This document shows positions 34,622 to 47,933 of a stretch of 64,000 bases of DNA, piece by piece. The notes under the pieces were generated by a model that ran no database searches, had not been told where the DNA came from, and worked only from the letters and a program-made list of their open reading frames with translations. The first letter of the stretch is position 1. Every line of letters begins with the position of its first letter. Source of the DNA: Macrostomum hystrix. Taxonomy: Eukaryota > Animalia > Platyhelminthes. The stretch spans positions 2,108,001 through 2,172,000 of the forward strand of contig CATNEN010000008.1 of the NCBI GenBank assembly GCA_950097015.1, read 5' to 3'. A program made the position numbers and the translations under genes.

Positions 34622-35126
34622 AACCTCTTAAATTAATTGATGATATTGCTAATTTATACAATTTTGAATCAATATGGATTCGCTAAAGAGGTTAATACTG
34701 AGCAATGTTACTTGTCCTTGTCACCAGGGTTTTCGACGAGAATCGCTGAACATCTCAACAATGCTGTCGCTGACTCGGATGGCTTTGAAATATCGGTGGA
34801 CTTCCACGAAAAATCGGTCATTCGGTTGTGCGGCTATCGTGAAGTAGGCAGTGGGTATTTGAAATATCCCCGTGGTTTTTCTACTGTAAATTATTGTTCA
34901 TTCTTCAGCGAACCCAATTGGATTTCACAGTAATTAATTGCCTCTCAAAGGTACCATAACCAAATACGTCACGCGTAAAATTACTTAAATCGTACTCTTA
35001 CATCATTTACGAAAATAAGTTTTCTACATTGCTACTAATAGTACAGACTATACACTATGCCTAAGTGTAATACTATCCTAATTCAATTGCACCATAGGCG
35101 ACCGCTATTGGTTTTCAACTTCTATT

Positions 35127-36637
35127 TCAAACTAAGTAACTTCAATTTCACCCGGCGGCTCTCCGGCTGGCGTTAGTAACTTCAATTTCGCCCGCAGGGA
35201 GGGGTGCTCGTGTGAACCCAATTAGTAACTTCAATTTCGCCCGCGGGGAGGGGTGCTCGTGTGAACCCAATTAGTAACTTCAATTTCGCCCGCGGGGAGG
35301 GGGTGCTCGTGTGAACCCAATTAGTAACTTCAATTTCGCCCGCGGGGAGGGGGGTGCTCGTGTGAACCCAATTAGTAACTTCAATTTCGCCCGCAGGGAG
35401 GGGGGTGCTCGTGTGAACGCAATTAGTAACTTCAATTTCGCCCGCGGGGAGGGGGTGCTCGTGTGAACCCAATTAGTAACTTCAATTTCGCCCGCGGGGA
35501 GGGGGTGCTCGTGTGAACCCAATTAGTAACTTCAATTTTGCCCGCGGGGAGGGGGTGCTCGTGTGAACCCAATTAGTAACTTCAATTTCGCCCGGCGGCT
35601 CTCCGGCTGGCGTTAGTAACTTCAATTTCGCCCGGCGGCTCTCCGGCTGGCGTTAGTAACTTCAATTTCGCTCGGCGGCTCTCCGGCTGGCGTTAGTAAC
35701 TTCAATTTCGCCCGCGGGGAGGGGGTGCTCGTGTGTACCCGATTAGTAACTTCAATTTCGCCCGCGAAACCGGCCTGCCCAAGTTAGGGTAAATCAATTT
35801 CACAAAAAGTAATATCTATTTCGTCTCTTCAGCACAGCGATTTGTGTTTGTGCCCAATCTGTGAAATACGGACTTTGTCCTTGCCTTTGATCTTCGCCGA
35901 CGCCGCCACCGACTCCGCCGCAGTGGAATTATTATAATTTTCTTTCGAGTGTCGAGAGATTTATGGCCCTGTGAATTTATGACACTATAGCACAGAACCA
36001 CAAAAATTCAACTAATTGGATAGCGCCGACACTTTCACATCCAGCCGCTCTTGAAGCTCCAATATTATTGAAGCGACAATATGAGCTCTTTTTGCTGTTT
36101 GTCTCCCACTTGGTGTCTTGCCTGAGACGTCAAAAATATATTGAAAGTATAGGCCCATCATGGCCTATATTAATGTTTAAAGCCGGATGAAAAAAGTGCA
36201 AGACGAAATAGAAGTTACTAATCGGGTATACACGAGCACCCCCTCCCTGCGGGCGAAATTGAAGTTACTAACGCCAGCCGGAGAGCCACCGGGCGAAATT
36301 GAAGTTACTAACGCCAGCCGGAGAACCGCCGGGCGAAATTGAAGTTACTAACGCCAGCCGGAGAGCCACCGGGCGAAATTGAAGTTACTAACGCCAGCCG
36401 GAGAGCCACCGGGCGAAATTGAAGTTACTAACGCCAGCCGGAGAGCCGCAGGGCGAAATTGAAGTTACTAACGCCAGCCGGAGAGCCACCGGGCGAAATT
36501 GAAGTTGCTAACGCCAGCCGGAGAGCCACCGGGCGAAATTGAAGTTACTAACGCCAGTCGGAGAGCCGCCGAGCGAAATTAAAGTTACTAACGCCAGCCG
36601 GAGAGCCACCGGGCGAAATTGAAGTTACTTAGTTTGA
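35127..36637. mobile_element. Foldback-like non-autonomous element with long inverted termini built from tandem subrepeats
   Basis: Outer ends TCAAACTAAGTAACTTCAATTTC (35127) and its reverse complement (ending 36637). The left arm (35127-35765) and right arm (about 36205-36637) consist of the same 40-bp and about 50-bp units in opposite orientation around a unique spacer of about 430 bp. No TSD is visible. Confidence 0.8.
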
Positions 36638-37331
36638 GAACCGACAATTTAATCTGTTAGGTTCTGGCACTACCTTATATATTTCTAGAACTTACGCTAT
36701 TTTGTACGCCTAAAGTTAGTACAAAATTAAAAATGGAATTAATTAAATAATTATAACACAAGTGCTTTAAAACTTGTTGCGGTCTTTCGAAGAAATGCCA
36801 TCACACGCGCAAGTTACTAATTTATTTCGAAATTAAACCGGCTTTTACGAGACTTTTGTGTCATAACTTTGTTTGTCAAGCTTTTAATTGAATACATATA
36901 GACATGAAATAACGAACAAATAGTTTAAAGTACACAGTATAAGTTCATTAGAAGGGAGTGAACGAAAGTGCAGCCTAAAAGTACAAATTACACAGTTATT
37001 AACACGCAGCAAAACTTATTTAATTAAGAGTTTTAGTTTTCTTTGCCCCAGGTCAGCCACGTGATCGAGTTAGCCCAACAAATGTTCTAAAAATAGCAAC
37101 AAATGAAGCCCTCACCGGCCAATCGATATTTGAAGGATGATGAGTCGATATAAATTTCTAGTTATATAGGACCTGAACTATGAAGATATCTACCCAACCG
37201 ACAAATACATCTTTCATAAACATTTTCATCATTTTGGTAGACAGTTCATTACAAATAGCTAGATTAGCACCCGATATGTATCGAAAAAGCTAAATAAGAA
37301 TGCAATAGATTTTCAATAGATTATAAAGTCG

Positions 37332-40300
37332 CTACTGCTGCGGCATATTCTTCGGCCGCACCTCCTGATCGCTGGTGTAGCGAATGAACACGTTATCCTC
37401 GGCCCGACTATTAGCATTCGGACCCTCTTCGCCCTGCTCAAACATGTAGGAAGCCGCCACAGCCAGCATGCTGCCGTCGTCAGCAAATGCCAGTGCGGCA
37501 ATCGACGTAGGGAATTTGTGCAGCTGCATGAGCCGTTTGCGATTGAACCCGTCCCAGATATTAACCATGCAGTCGCTGCCACCGGTGGCGAATGTGTTGA
37601 ATTGGCGATGAAAAGCCACGGCGTTGACCGGGTAGATTTCTTCCGTTTCCTGGTTCTTCACTCGGTGACATTTGAAGGCGTACTTTTTCGCTTGCACCTC
37701 CGGGCTGGTGTCGAAGAATTCGACGGCTACACGGCCTTCGATGGAGGACAGCACGTAGCCCTGAACGAATGCCCAAGAGAGAATATGCATAAACAATTTG
37801 ATTCAAGAAATGTTTTACATTTAATTAAAAATGCAATGGAAATAATCCTCACCAGAGAATATAAACAAATCTACTCAAGGAAAGTCAAATCGACTCAAAT
37901 AAGAATAAAATCTACTCAAAGAAGAGTCAAATCTACTCAAGGAAAGTCAAATCGACTCAAATAAGAATAAAATCTACTCAAAGAAGAGTCAAATCGACTC
38001 AAATAAGAATAAAATCTACTCAAGGAAAGTCAAATCGACTCAAATAAGAATAAAATCTACTCAAAGAAGAGTCAAATCTACTCAAAAAAGAATCAAATCT
38101 ACTCAAAGAAGATTCTAATCTACTCAAAGAAGATTCTAATCTACTCGAAGAAGAGTCAAATCTACTCAAAGAAGATTCTAATCTACTCAAAGAAGAGTCA
38201 AATCTACTCAAAGAAGATTCTAATCTACTCAAAGAAGATTCTAATCTACTCAAAGAAGAGTCAAATCTACTCAAAGAAGAGTCAAATCTACTCAAAGAAG
38301 ATTCTAATCTACTCAAAGGAGAGTCAAATCTACTCAAATAAGAATAAAATCTACTTAAAGAAGAGTCAAATCTACTCAAAGAAGATTCTAATCTACTCAA
38401 AGAAGAGTCAAATCTACTCAAAGAAGATTCTAATCTACTCAAAGAAGAGTCAAATCTACTCAAAGAAGATTCTAATCTACTCAAAGAAGAGTCAAATCTA
38501 CTCAAAGAAGATTCTAATCTACTTAAAGAAGAGTCAAATCTACTCAAAGAAGAATCAAATCTACTCAAAGAAGAGTCAAATCTACTCAAGGAAAGTCAAA
38601 TCGACTCAAATAAGAATAAAATCTACTCAAAGAAGAGTCAAATCGACTCAAATAAGAATAAAATCTACTCAAGGAAAGTCAAATCGACTCAAATAAGAAT
38701 AAAATCTACTCAAAGAAGAGTCAAATCTACTCAAAAAAGAATCAAATCTACTCAAAGAAGATTCTAATCTACTCAAAGAAGATTCTAATCTACTCGAAGA
38801 AGAGTCAAATCTACTCAAAGAAGATTCTAATCTACTCAAAGAAGAGTCAAATCTACTCAAAGAAGATTCTAATCTACTCAAAGAAGATTCTAATCTACTC
38901 AAAGAAGAGTCAAATCTACTCAAAGAAGAGTCAAATCTACTCAAAGAAGATTCTAATCTACTCAAAGGAGAGTCAAATCTACTCAAATAAGAATAAAATC
39001 TACTTAAAGAAGAGTCAAATCTACTCAAAGAAGATTCTAATCTACTCAAAGAAGAGTCAAATCTACTCAAAGAAGATTCTAATCTACTCAAAGAAGAGTC
39101 AAATCTACTCAAAGAAGATTCTAATCTACTCAAAGAAGAGTCAAATCTACTCAAAGAAGATTCTAATCTACTCAAAGAAGAGTCAAATCTACTCAAAGAA
39201 GATTCTAATCTACTCAAAGAAGAGTCAAATCTACTCAAAGAAGATTCTAATCTACTCAAAGAAGAGTCAAATCTACTCAAAGAAGATTCTAATCTACTTA
39301 AAGAAGAGTCAAATCTACTCAAAGAAGAATCAAATCTACTCAAAGAAGAGTCAAATCTACTCAAAGAAGAGTCAAATCTACTCAAAGAAGAGTCAAATCT
39401 ACTCAAAGAAGAGTCAAATCTACTCAAAGAAGAGTCAAATCTACTCAAAGAAGAGTCAAATCTACTCAAAGAAGAATCAAATCTACTCAAAGAAGAATCA
39501 AATCTACTCAAAGAAGAATAAAATCTACTCAAAGAGTCAAATCTACTCAAAGAAGACTCAAATCTACAAAAAACGATTTGAATCTTCTAAGAAAAGATTA
39601 AATCTACTCAGCGAGGATTCAAATTAACTAAATAAGATTATAATCTTCTCAAACAAATGCTTAACTAATCCACATGAAAATGACTCAGTCATACTCCAGT
39701 GAGAATTTCCAGCTGAATTTAGATCAATAATCTAAAGCAGCACTAACCTGCTTATTAGGAAAGCAGCGCAAGCACCTAGTCTGATATTTGAGACTAGACT
39801 CTCGCGTCTGCTGCGGTTGAGTCATCTGTCTCAGATCCCAAACAAGGACGTGACGGGCGGCCGTGCCCACAACCATCTGATGCCCGGTTGTGTCTAGAGT
39901 GTACACCTTTTCCGGCTGCTGATGCATTGAACTGAATGCGGGAGCCCTGGTGTCCCACAGCTTAACGGAGCTGTCCCAGGAGCCGGTGACCAGCTGGTTC
40001 GTGTCGGCCGAGAAGTGAACGCATTTGATTGGTCGATCGTGATAGCCTACGATTATTTCTGTGGGAGTAAGGCGTGAAAATCTCTTAGAAATGGGTGATC
40101 GCATTAAACGAGATTCTTAAAAACCAAGCTCTAATAAATGAGATTCTAAGAAACACCTTAAAAATTTCTTGGAAACGAGATTCTAAGAAATGAAAACCTT
40201 AGAAACGAGATTCGTAGAAATGAGTTTTAAGAAACGTCTAAAATCCATCCTCTATATCGCTAGATAAAAAAACATTAAGCTGTTAGTAGTTCATTTTCAA

Positions 40301-41799
40301 AAATTTTGGATTATAAAATTCTTTTATAATCCAAATTTTAAACAGGAAATGAAATTAGACATAAGATATTATTCTAAGATATGAGATTCGGAGACTGTCT
40401 CCTCTGTACACAAACCTTTGTTCGCTGTCCAATCATAGCCAAGCAGGACACAGTCTAGGCCGCCGCTAAATGACCTGTTCGGTTCCTGGATAAAGGAGTC
40501 AGCAATTAAAATAAGAACAATATTACAACAAAATGCACGATTTGAGCAATTAAATTCTTTACGCCAGTATCTTGTACACCATTTAGGCTACTGACTTGTA
40601 CACCCTTCAGGCTAGTACCTTGTCCAACCTTCAGGCTAGAACCTTGTACACCCTTGAGGGTAGTATGTTGTACACCCTTGAGGGTAGTACGTTGTACACC
40701 CTTGAGGGTAGTAACTTGTACACCCTTGATGGTAGTAACTTGTACACCCTTGATGGTAGTAACTTGTACACCCTTGATGGTAGTAACTTGTACACCCTTG
40801 AGGGTAGTAACTTGTACACCCTTGATGGTAGTAACTTGTACACCCTTGAGGGTAATAACTTGTACACCCTTGAGGGTAGTAACTTGTACACCCTTGAGGG
40901 TAGTAACTTGTACACCCTTGAGGGTAGTAACTTGTACACCCTTGAGGGTAGTACCTTGTACACCCCTCAGACTAGTACCTTGTACACCCTTCAGGCTAGT
41001 ACCTTGTACACCCTTCAGACTAGTACCTTGTACACCCTTCAGACTAGTACCTTGTACACCCTTCATACTAGTACCTTGTTCACCCTTCAGACTAGTACCT
41101 TGTACACCCTTCAGACTAGTACCTTGTACACCCTTCAGACTAGTACCTTGTACACCCTTCAGACTAGTACCTTGTACACCCTTCAGACTAGTACCTTGTA
41201 GACCCTTCAGACTAGTACCATGTTCACCCTTCAGACTAGTACCTTGTACACCCTTCAGACTAGTACCTTGTACACCCTTCAGGCTAGCACCTAGTACACC
41301 CTTCAGACTAGTACCTTGTTCACCCTTCAGACTAGTACCTTGTAGACCCTTCAGACTAGTACCTTGTACACCCTTCAGACTAGTACCTTGTACACCCTTC
41401 AGACTAGTACCTTGTACACCCTTCAGACTAGTACCTTGTAGACCCTTCAGACTAGTACCATGTTCACCCTTCAGACTAGTACCTTGTACACCCTTCAGAC
41501 TAGTACCTTGTACACCCTTCAGACTAGTACCTTGTACACCCTTCAGACTAGAACCCCAGGCTAGACAGCCAGCAACATCAGACGAAACTCACCGAGAAGT
41601 CGCAGTCAAGCACCGGCTGCTGATGGTAATAGCTCGACTTTAAAACATTCTTATTGACATCGTACAGCCTGACGGAGCCGTCCCAGCTGGACACGAGCAA
41701 ATGCTGGCAGGAATTCGGTTGAAATTTCACAGCGCTGATGCCGTCCTCGGGTGGATCCTTCAGGCGAACTTCAGTTTGCACAGCGTTATCGCCAGACAT
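37332..41799 (-). CDS. BUB3: Mitotic checkpoint WD40 protein BUB3, 4 exons, about 338 aa
   Basis: Exons 41799-41593, 40485-40416, 40058-39748, 37760-37332. Motifs [72 protein letters not shown] and TFATGGSD..VNIWD.FN.KRL. Confidence 0.96.
37865..39570. repeat. 21-bp minisatellite in BUB3 intron 3, with a 649-bp higher-order duplication
   Basis: Unit AAATCTACTCAAAGAAGAGTC. The variant order starting at 38020 recurs starting at 38669. Confidence 0.96.
40590..41550. repeat. 24-bp minisatellite in BUB3 intron 1
   Basis: Unit GTACCTTGTACACCCTTCAGACTA; the left part is the variant GTAACTTGTACACCCTTGAGGGTA. Confidence 0.96.
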
Positions 41800-41924
41800 T
41801 GCAGCTAAATGCGATTCTTAATTGGGTCGGCTAGAACTGAAAATACAGTAGCAATGTACGACGTGATCAACACAATGGGAAGCTTAACTTATTGAAATTT
41901 AGGCAACGGACAGGTAAAAATTAT

Positions 41925-42540
41925 ATTTGGTAATGGGCATGTAAATATATGATATTTGGGTAATGAGCAGGTAGATATATGATATTTGGTAATGAGCAGG
42001 TAGATATATGATAACTGGGTAATGAGCAGGTAGATACATGATAACTGGGTAATGAGCAGGTAGATATATGATAACTGGGTAATGAGCAGGTAGATATATG
42101 ATAACTGGGTAATGAGCAGGTAGATATATGATAACTGGGTAATGAGCAGGTAGATATATGATAACTGGGTAATGAGCAGGTAGATATATGATAACTGGGT
42201 AATGAGCAGGTAGATATATAATAACTGGGTAATGAGCAGGTTGATACATGATAACTGGGTAATGAGCTGGTAAATATATGATATTTGGGTAATGAGCTGG
42301 TAAATATATGAGATTTAGGTAATGAGCAGGTAAATATAGAATATTTGGGTAATGAGCAGGTAAATATAGAATATTTGGGTAATGAGCAGGTAAATATAGA
42401 ATATTTGGGTAATGGGCATGTAAATATAGAATATTTGGGTAATGAGCAGGTAAATATAGAATATTTGGGTAATGAGCAGGTAAATATAGAATATTTGGGT
42501 AATGAGCAGGTAAATATAGAATATTTGGGTAATAAGCATC
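41925..42540. repeat. 30-bp minisatellite upstream of BUB3
   Basis: Unit GGGTAATGAGCAGGTAGATATATGATAACT, changing to GGGTAATGAGCAGGTAAATATAGAATATTT. Confidence 0.95.
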
Positions 42541-43059
42541 AAAATATATATTAGCTTTGGGTACTGGGCAGGTAAGTATATGACTATTTATTTGGAGTAA
42601 CTTGTGTAGATTTTAAACTAATAAGAGAGACTTAGCGAAATAAAGTGAGTATTAAGAGCGGTACTGTTGAGTCGCATAACGCAATTAAATATAATTAGCT
42701 CTAGCTTTATGTGCATATATATATTTGTGCATAATTAAATTAAATGTTTTACAATGGAATCATAGAATGTTGCAAACTGACTCTCAACAAGAGGAGGTAT
42801 AATGATTAGAGATTAATTAGAGAATGATTAACATTCAATCAGTCAGTTAACAGCATATCTAACGCCAAAAAAGTTGTGGAAAAATAACCCAGCAAAGATT
42901 AACAAGAAACTAAATATTACCTATAGTAAAAAAAGAGAAATTGACTATGGCGCCTAAACGACAAGGCAGTGTTTTATCTTGTAAGTAAAATATATATTCT
43001 GCAATTCTAAAAAAGCATTAGCAAACTTTTAATTGCTATTCGTATGAAAGTCAGATTCC

Positions 43060-43650
43060 CACAGTGTAATTCCGATTCCCAAAGTGTAATTCCGATTCCC
43101 AAAGTGTAATTCCGATTCCCAAAGTGTAATTCCGATTCCCAAAGTGTAATTCCGATTCCCAAAGTGTAATTCCAATTCCCAAAGTGTAATTCCAATTCCC
43201 AAAGTGTAATTCCTTCCCAAAGTGTAATTCCAATTCCCAAAGTGTAATTTCGATTCCCAAAGTGTAATTCCAATTCCCAAAGTGTAATTTCGATTCCCAA
43301 AGTGTAATTCCAATTCCCAAAGTGTAATTTCGATTCCCAAAGTGTAATTCCAATTCCCAAAGTGTAATTTCGATTCCCAAAGTGTAATTCCAATTCCCAA
43401 AGTATACTTTCGATTCCCAGTGTGTAATTTCGATTCCCAAAGTGTAATTCCAATTCCCAAAGTATAATTTCGATTCCCAGTGTGTAATTTCGATTCCCAA
43501 AGTGTAATTCCAATTCCCAAAGTGTAATTCCAATTCCCAAAGTGTAATTATAATTCCCAATGTGTAATTCCAATTCCCAAAGTATAATGTCGATTCCCAA
43601 AGTGTAATTTCAATTCTTAAAGTGTAATTCCCATTCCCAAAGTGTATTTT
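43060..43650. repeat. 20-bp minisatellite
   Basis: Unit TTCCCAAAGTGTAATTCCGA. Confidence 0.95.
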
Positions 43651-44202
43651 CAGTAGAGCATCATTTTAAACAACAAATCAAAATCTAACAACCAAATCAA
43701 CTTGTACCATAGACATTAAACTATTTTACTGCGGTTATAAAAAATTGAATTTAAAATCAACAATACGCGAGTTTTTGGAAGTTGTTGGACATGCAGAGGA
43801 AAAAAAGTTGACTTTTGCCACCTAAGTTCATGGTGGCGAGAAATATAATAGAAAACAACTTTTATGTTTTTTTTTATCGATTTTTATCGAGATTTTTTTT
43901 TCGCTAAAGAACACTACATTGCACAAAATCCAGGGTACTTTGTTGTTAGTATAAATTCGAAACAGAAAGATAACAGATGTTGGCAAAATCTGAGCTAATG
44001 AGAACATAATCTGAGAATAGATCTGAGGAAAAGAAATCATTTTGAGTATAAACAATATCACATAAATGGCTAGCGACTTGCAAAATTAGGCCAAATTGAA
44101 ATAAAGCGAAAATAGAAAAATATGGACAGGAAGATTAGGAAAACATGTAGAATTAGGATTTAGGTAGATATCTTGATCTAGTGGACCAGGTCAAAGGGTA
44201 GA

Positions 44203-47000
44203 AGACTAGGCTGGAGGGTAGAAGACTAGGCTGGAGGGTAGAAGACTAGGCTGGAGGGTAGAAGACTAGGCTGGAGGGTAGAAGACTAGGCTGGAAGGTA
44301 GAAGACTAGGCTGGAAGGTAGAAGACTAGGCAGGAAGGTAGAATACTAGGCTGGAAGGTAGAAGACTGGGCTGGAAGGTAGAAGACTAGGCTGGAGGGTA
44401 GAAGACTAGGCTGGAAGGTAGAAGACTAGGCTGGAAGGTAGAAGACTAGGCAGGAAGGTAGAATACTAGGCAGGAAGGTAGAATACTAGGCTGGAAGGTA
44501 GAAGACTGGGCTGGAAGGTAGAAGACTAGGCTGGAAGGTAGAAGACTAGGCAGGAAGGTAGAAGACTAGGCAGGAAGGTAGAAGACTAGGCTAGAAGGTA
44601 GAATACTAGGCTGGAAGGTAGAAGACTAGGCAGGAAGGTAGAAGACTAGGCTAGAAGGTAGAAGACTAGGCTGGAGGGTAGAAGACTAGGCAGGAAGGTA
44701 GAAGACTAGGCTAGAAGGTAGAAGACTAGGCTGGAAGGTAGAAGACTAGGCAGGAAGGTAGAAGACTAGGCAGGAAGGTAGAAGACTAGGCTGGAAGGTA
44801 GAAGACTAGGCTGGAAGGTAGAAGACTAGGCTGGAAGGTAGAAGACTAGGCAGGAAGGTAGAAGACTAGGCTGGAAGGTAGAAGACTAGGCAGGAGGGTA
44901 GAAGACTAGGCAGGAGGGTAGAAGACTAGGCTGGAAGGTAGAAGACTAGGCAGGAAGGTAGAAGACTAGGCAGGAGGGTAGAAGACTAGGCATGAGGGTA
45001 GAAGACTAAGCAGGAGGGTAGAAGACTAGGCTGGAGGGTAGAAGACTAGGCAGGAAGGTAGAAGACTAGGCAGGAAGGTAGAAGACTAGGCAGGAAGGTA
45101 GAAGACTAGGCAGGAAGGTAGAAGACTAGGCTGGAAGGTAGAAGACTAGGCTGGAAGGTAGAAGACTAGGCAGGAAGGTAGAAGACTAGGCAGGAAGGTA
45201 GAAGACTAGGCTGGAAGGTAGAAGACTAGGCTGGAAGGTAGAAGACTAGGCAGGAAGGTAGAAGACTAGGCTGGAAGGTAGAAGACTAGGCTGGAAGGTA
45301 GAAGACTAGGCAGGAGGGTAGAAGACTAGGCAGGAAGGTAGAAGACTAGGCAGGAAGGTAGAAGACTAGGCAGGAAGGTAGAAGACTAGGCTGGAAGGTA
45401 GAAGACTAGGCAGGAAGGTAGAAGACTAGGCTGGAAGGTAGAAGACTAGGCAGGAAGGTAGAAGACTAGGCAGGAAGGTAGAAGACTAGGCTAGAAGGTA
45501 GAATACTAGGCTGGAAGGTAGAAGACTAGGCAGGAAGGTAGAAGACTAGGCTAGAAGGTAGAAGACTAGGCTGGAAGGTAGAAGACTAGGCTGGAGGGTA
45601 GAAGACTAGGCTGGAGGGTAGAAGACTAGGCAGGAAGGTAGAAGACTAGGCTAGAAGGTAGAAGACTAGGCTGGAAGGTAGAAGACTAGGCTAGAAGGTA
45701 GAAGACTAGGCTGGAAGGTAGAAGACTAGGCAGGAGGGTAGAATACTAGGCTGGAAGGTAGAAGACTAGGCTGGAAGGTAGAAGACTAGGCTAGAAGGTA
45801 GAATACTAGGCTGGAAGGTAGAAGACTAGGCAGGAAGGTAGAAGACTAGGCTAGAAGGTAGAAGACTAGGCTGGAAGGTAGAAGACTAGGCTGGAGGGTA
45901 GAAGACTAGGCTGGAGGGTAGAAGACTAGGCAGGAAGGTAGAAGACTAGGCTAGAAGGTAGAAGACTAGGCTGGAAGGTAGAAGACTAGGCTAGAAGGTA
46001 GAAGACTAGGCTGGAAGGTAGAAGACTAGGCAGGAGGGTAGAATACTAGGCTGGAAGGTAGAAGACTAGGCTGGAAGGTAGAAGACTAGGCAGGAAGGTA
46101 GAATACTAGGCTGGAAGGTAGAAGACTAGGCTGGAAGGTAGAAGACTAGGCAGGAAGGTAGAATACTAGGCTGGAAGGTAGAAGACTAGGCTGGAAGGTA
46201 GAAGACTAGGCTGGAAGGTAGAAAACTAGGCAGGAAGGTAAAAGACTAGGCTGGAAGGTAGAAGACTAGGCAGGAGGGTAGAAGACTAGGCAGGAATGTA
46301 GAAGACTAGGCAGGAGGGTAGAAGACTAGGCAGGAAGGTAGAAGACTAGGCTGGAAGGTAGAAGACTAGGCTAGAAGGTAGAAGACTAGGCTGGAAGGTA
46401 GAAGACTAGGCTGGAAGGTAGAAGACTAGGCAGGAAGGTAGAAGACTAGGCTGGAAGGTAGAAGACTAGGCTGGAAGGTAGAAGACTAGGCAGGAGGGTA
46501 GAAGACTAGGCAGGAAGGTAGAAGACTAGGCAGGAAGGTAGAAGACTAGGCAGGAAGGTAGAAGACTAGGCTGGAAGGTAGAAGACTAGGCAGGAGGGTA
46601 GAAGACTAGGCAGGAGGGTAGAAGACTAGGCAGGAGGGTAGAAGACTAGGCTGGAAGGTAGAAGACTAGGCTGGAAGGTAGAAGACTAGGCTGGAAGGTA
46701 GAAGACTAGGCAGGAGGGTAGAATACTAGGCAGGAGGGTAGAAGACTAGGCAGGAGGGTAGAATACTAGGCGAGTGGTAGAAGACTAGGCTGGAAGGTAG
46801 AAGACTAGGCAGGAAGGTAGAAGACTAGGCAGGAAGGTAGAAGACTAGGCAGGAAGGTAGAAGACTAGGCTGGAGGGTAGAAGACTAGGCAGGAAGGTAG
46901 AAGACTAGGCAGGAGGGTAGAAGACTAGGCAGGAAGGTAGAAGACTAGGCAGGAGGGTAGAAGACTAGGCTGGAAGGTAGAATACTAGGCGAGTGGTAGA
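44203..47000. repeat. 20-bp minisatellite, about 140 copies
   Basis: Unit GAAGACTAGGCTGGAAGGTA, with no indel over roughly 2.5 kb. Confidence 0.98.
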
Positions 47001-47740
47001 AGATCAGATACGAGCCCTTAGAAATGGTAGACTAGCTATGGTAATATAGCAAAGCGAAGCATGTGAATGTAATAAGAACTTGCGAAATGGCAACCAATGA
47101 GCTTCAAATAACATTTCATGGAATCAACCTTAAGTACTTGTGACAGTAAATACTTAACAGAAAGCATAACAAAAAGAAATGAAAAAGAGATAAAAAAACT
47201 TTTGTCAATAAAATCTAGGTCAAGAAAGTCAAATTGCCGAATAATTTTATTAAAATTTTCAATATAACATTTTCGAAATTTCTCGAAATTCTCAGTAACA
47301 ATAAACGTGCGATATTAATAATACTATGCGATTAGAAAAAATGTACTAGTATGAGTAGACTGCGATCACAAGCACAGTATGCGATGAATGTGCAGAATTA
47401 GGTTCGACTGAAAACAAAAGAAAACAATAAAGGAATTTGACTAGACTATAATATAATCTTAAAGTAAATAAGCCATTAAAAAAAATACATTGGTTAAGGC
47501 TGAAATGCCATTTACCGAAATCACAATGGGTTATGAAACCTAATAACAACAGGAATTAAAAATGAACTTTATTTTAAAATGTGAAACTTCTGTAGACATG
47601 GTGCTCGGTGTCTTATGTAAGACAATAATCAAATTAGAAATTAAAAGCCAAGTGCAGAATAAGTACAAAAAAATAAAAATAAATTTCTTGGAAGATCAGT
47701 ACCAATAACAATAGGTAGGATGTACCCAGTAAGCGAAAAT

Positions 47741-47933
47741 ATCTCACTGCTGTTATCTCACTGCTGTTATCTCACTGCTGTTATCTCACTGCTGTTATCT
47801 CACTGCTGTTATCTCACTGCTGTTATCTCACTGCTGTTATCTCACTGCTGTTATCTCACTGCTGTTATCTCACTGCTGTTATCTCACTGCTGTTATCTCA
47901 CTGCTGTTATCTCACTGCTGTTATCTCACTGCT
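47741..47933. repeat. 14-bp minisatellite overlapping the TMEM164 stop codon
   Basis: Unit TATCTCACTGCTGT on +, about 14 copies. The rightmost unit contains the TGA at 47928-47926 on the minus strand. Confidence 0.93.

Noticed and set aside
34637-34933. 98-aa ORF or possible GC-richer orphan exon
   Set aside because: It has a non-ATG start, no recognisable motif in any frame, and no partner exons that I could link.
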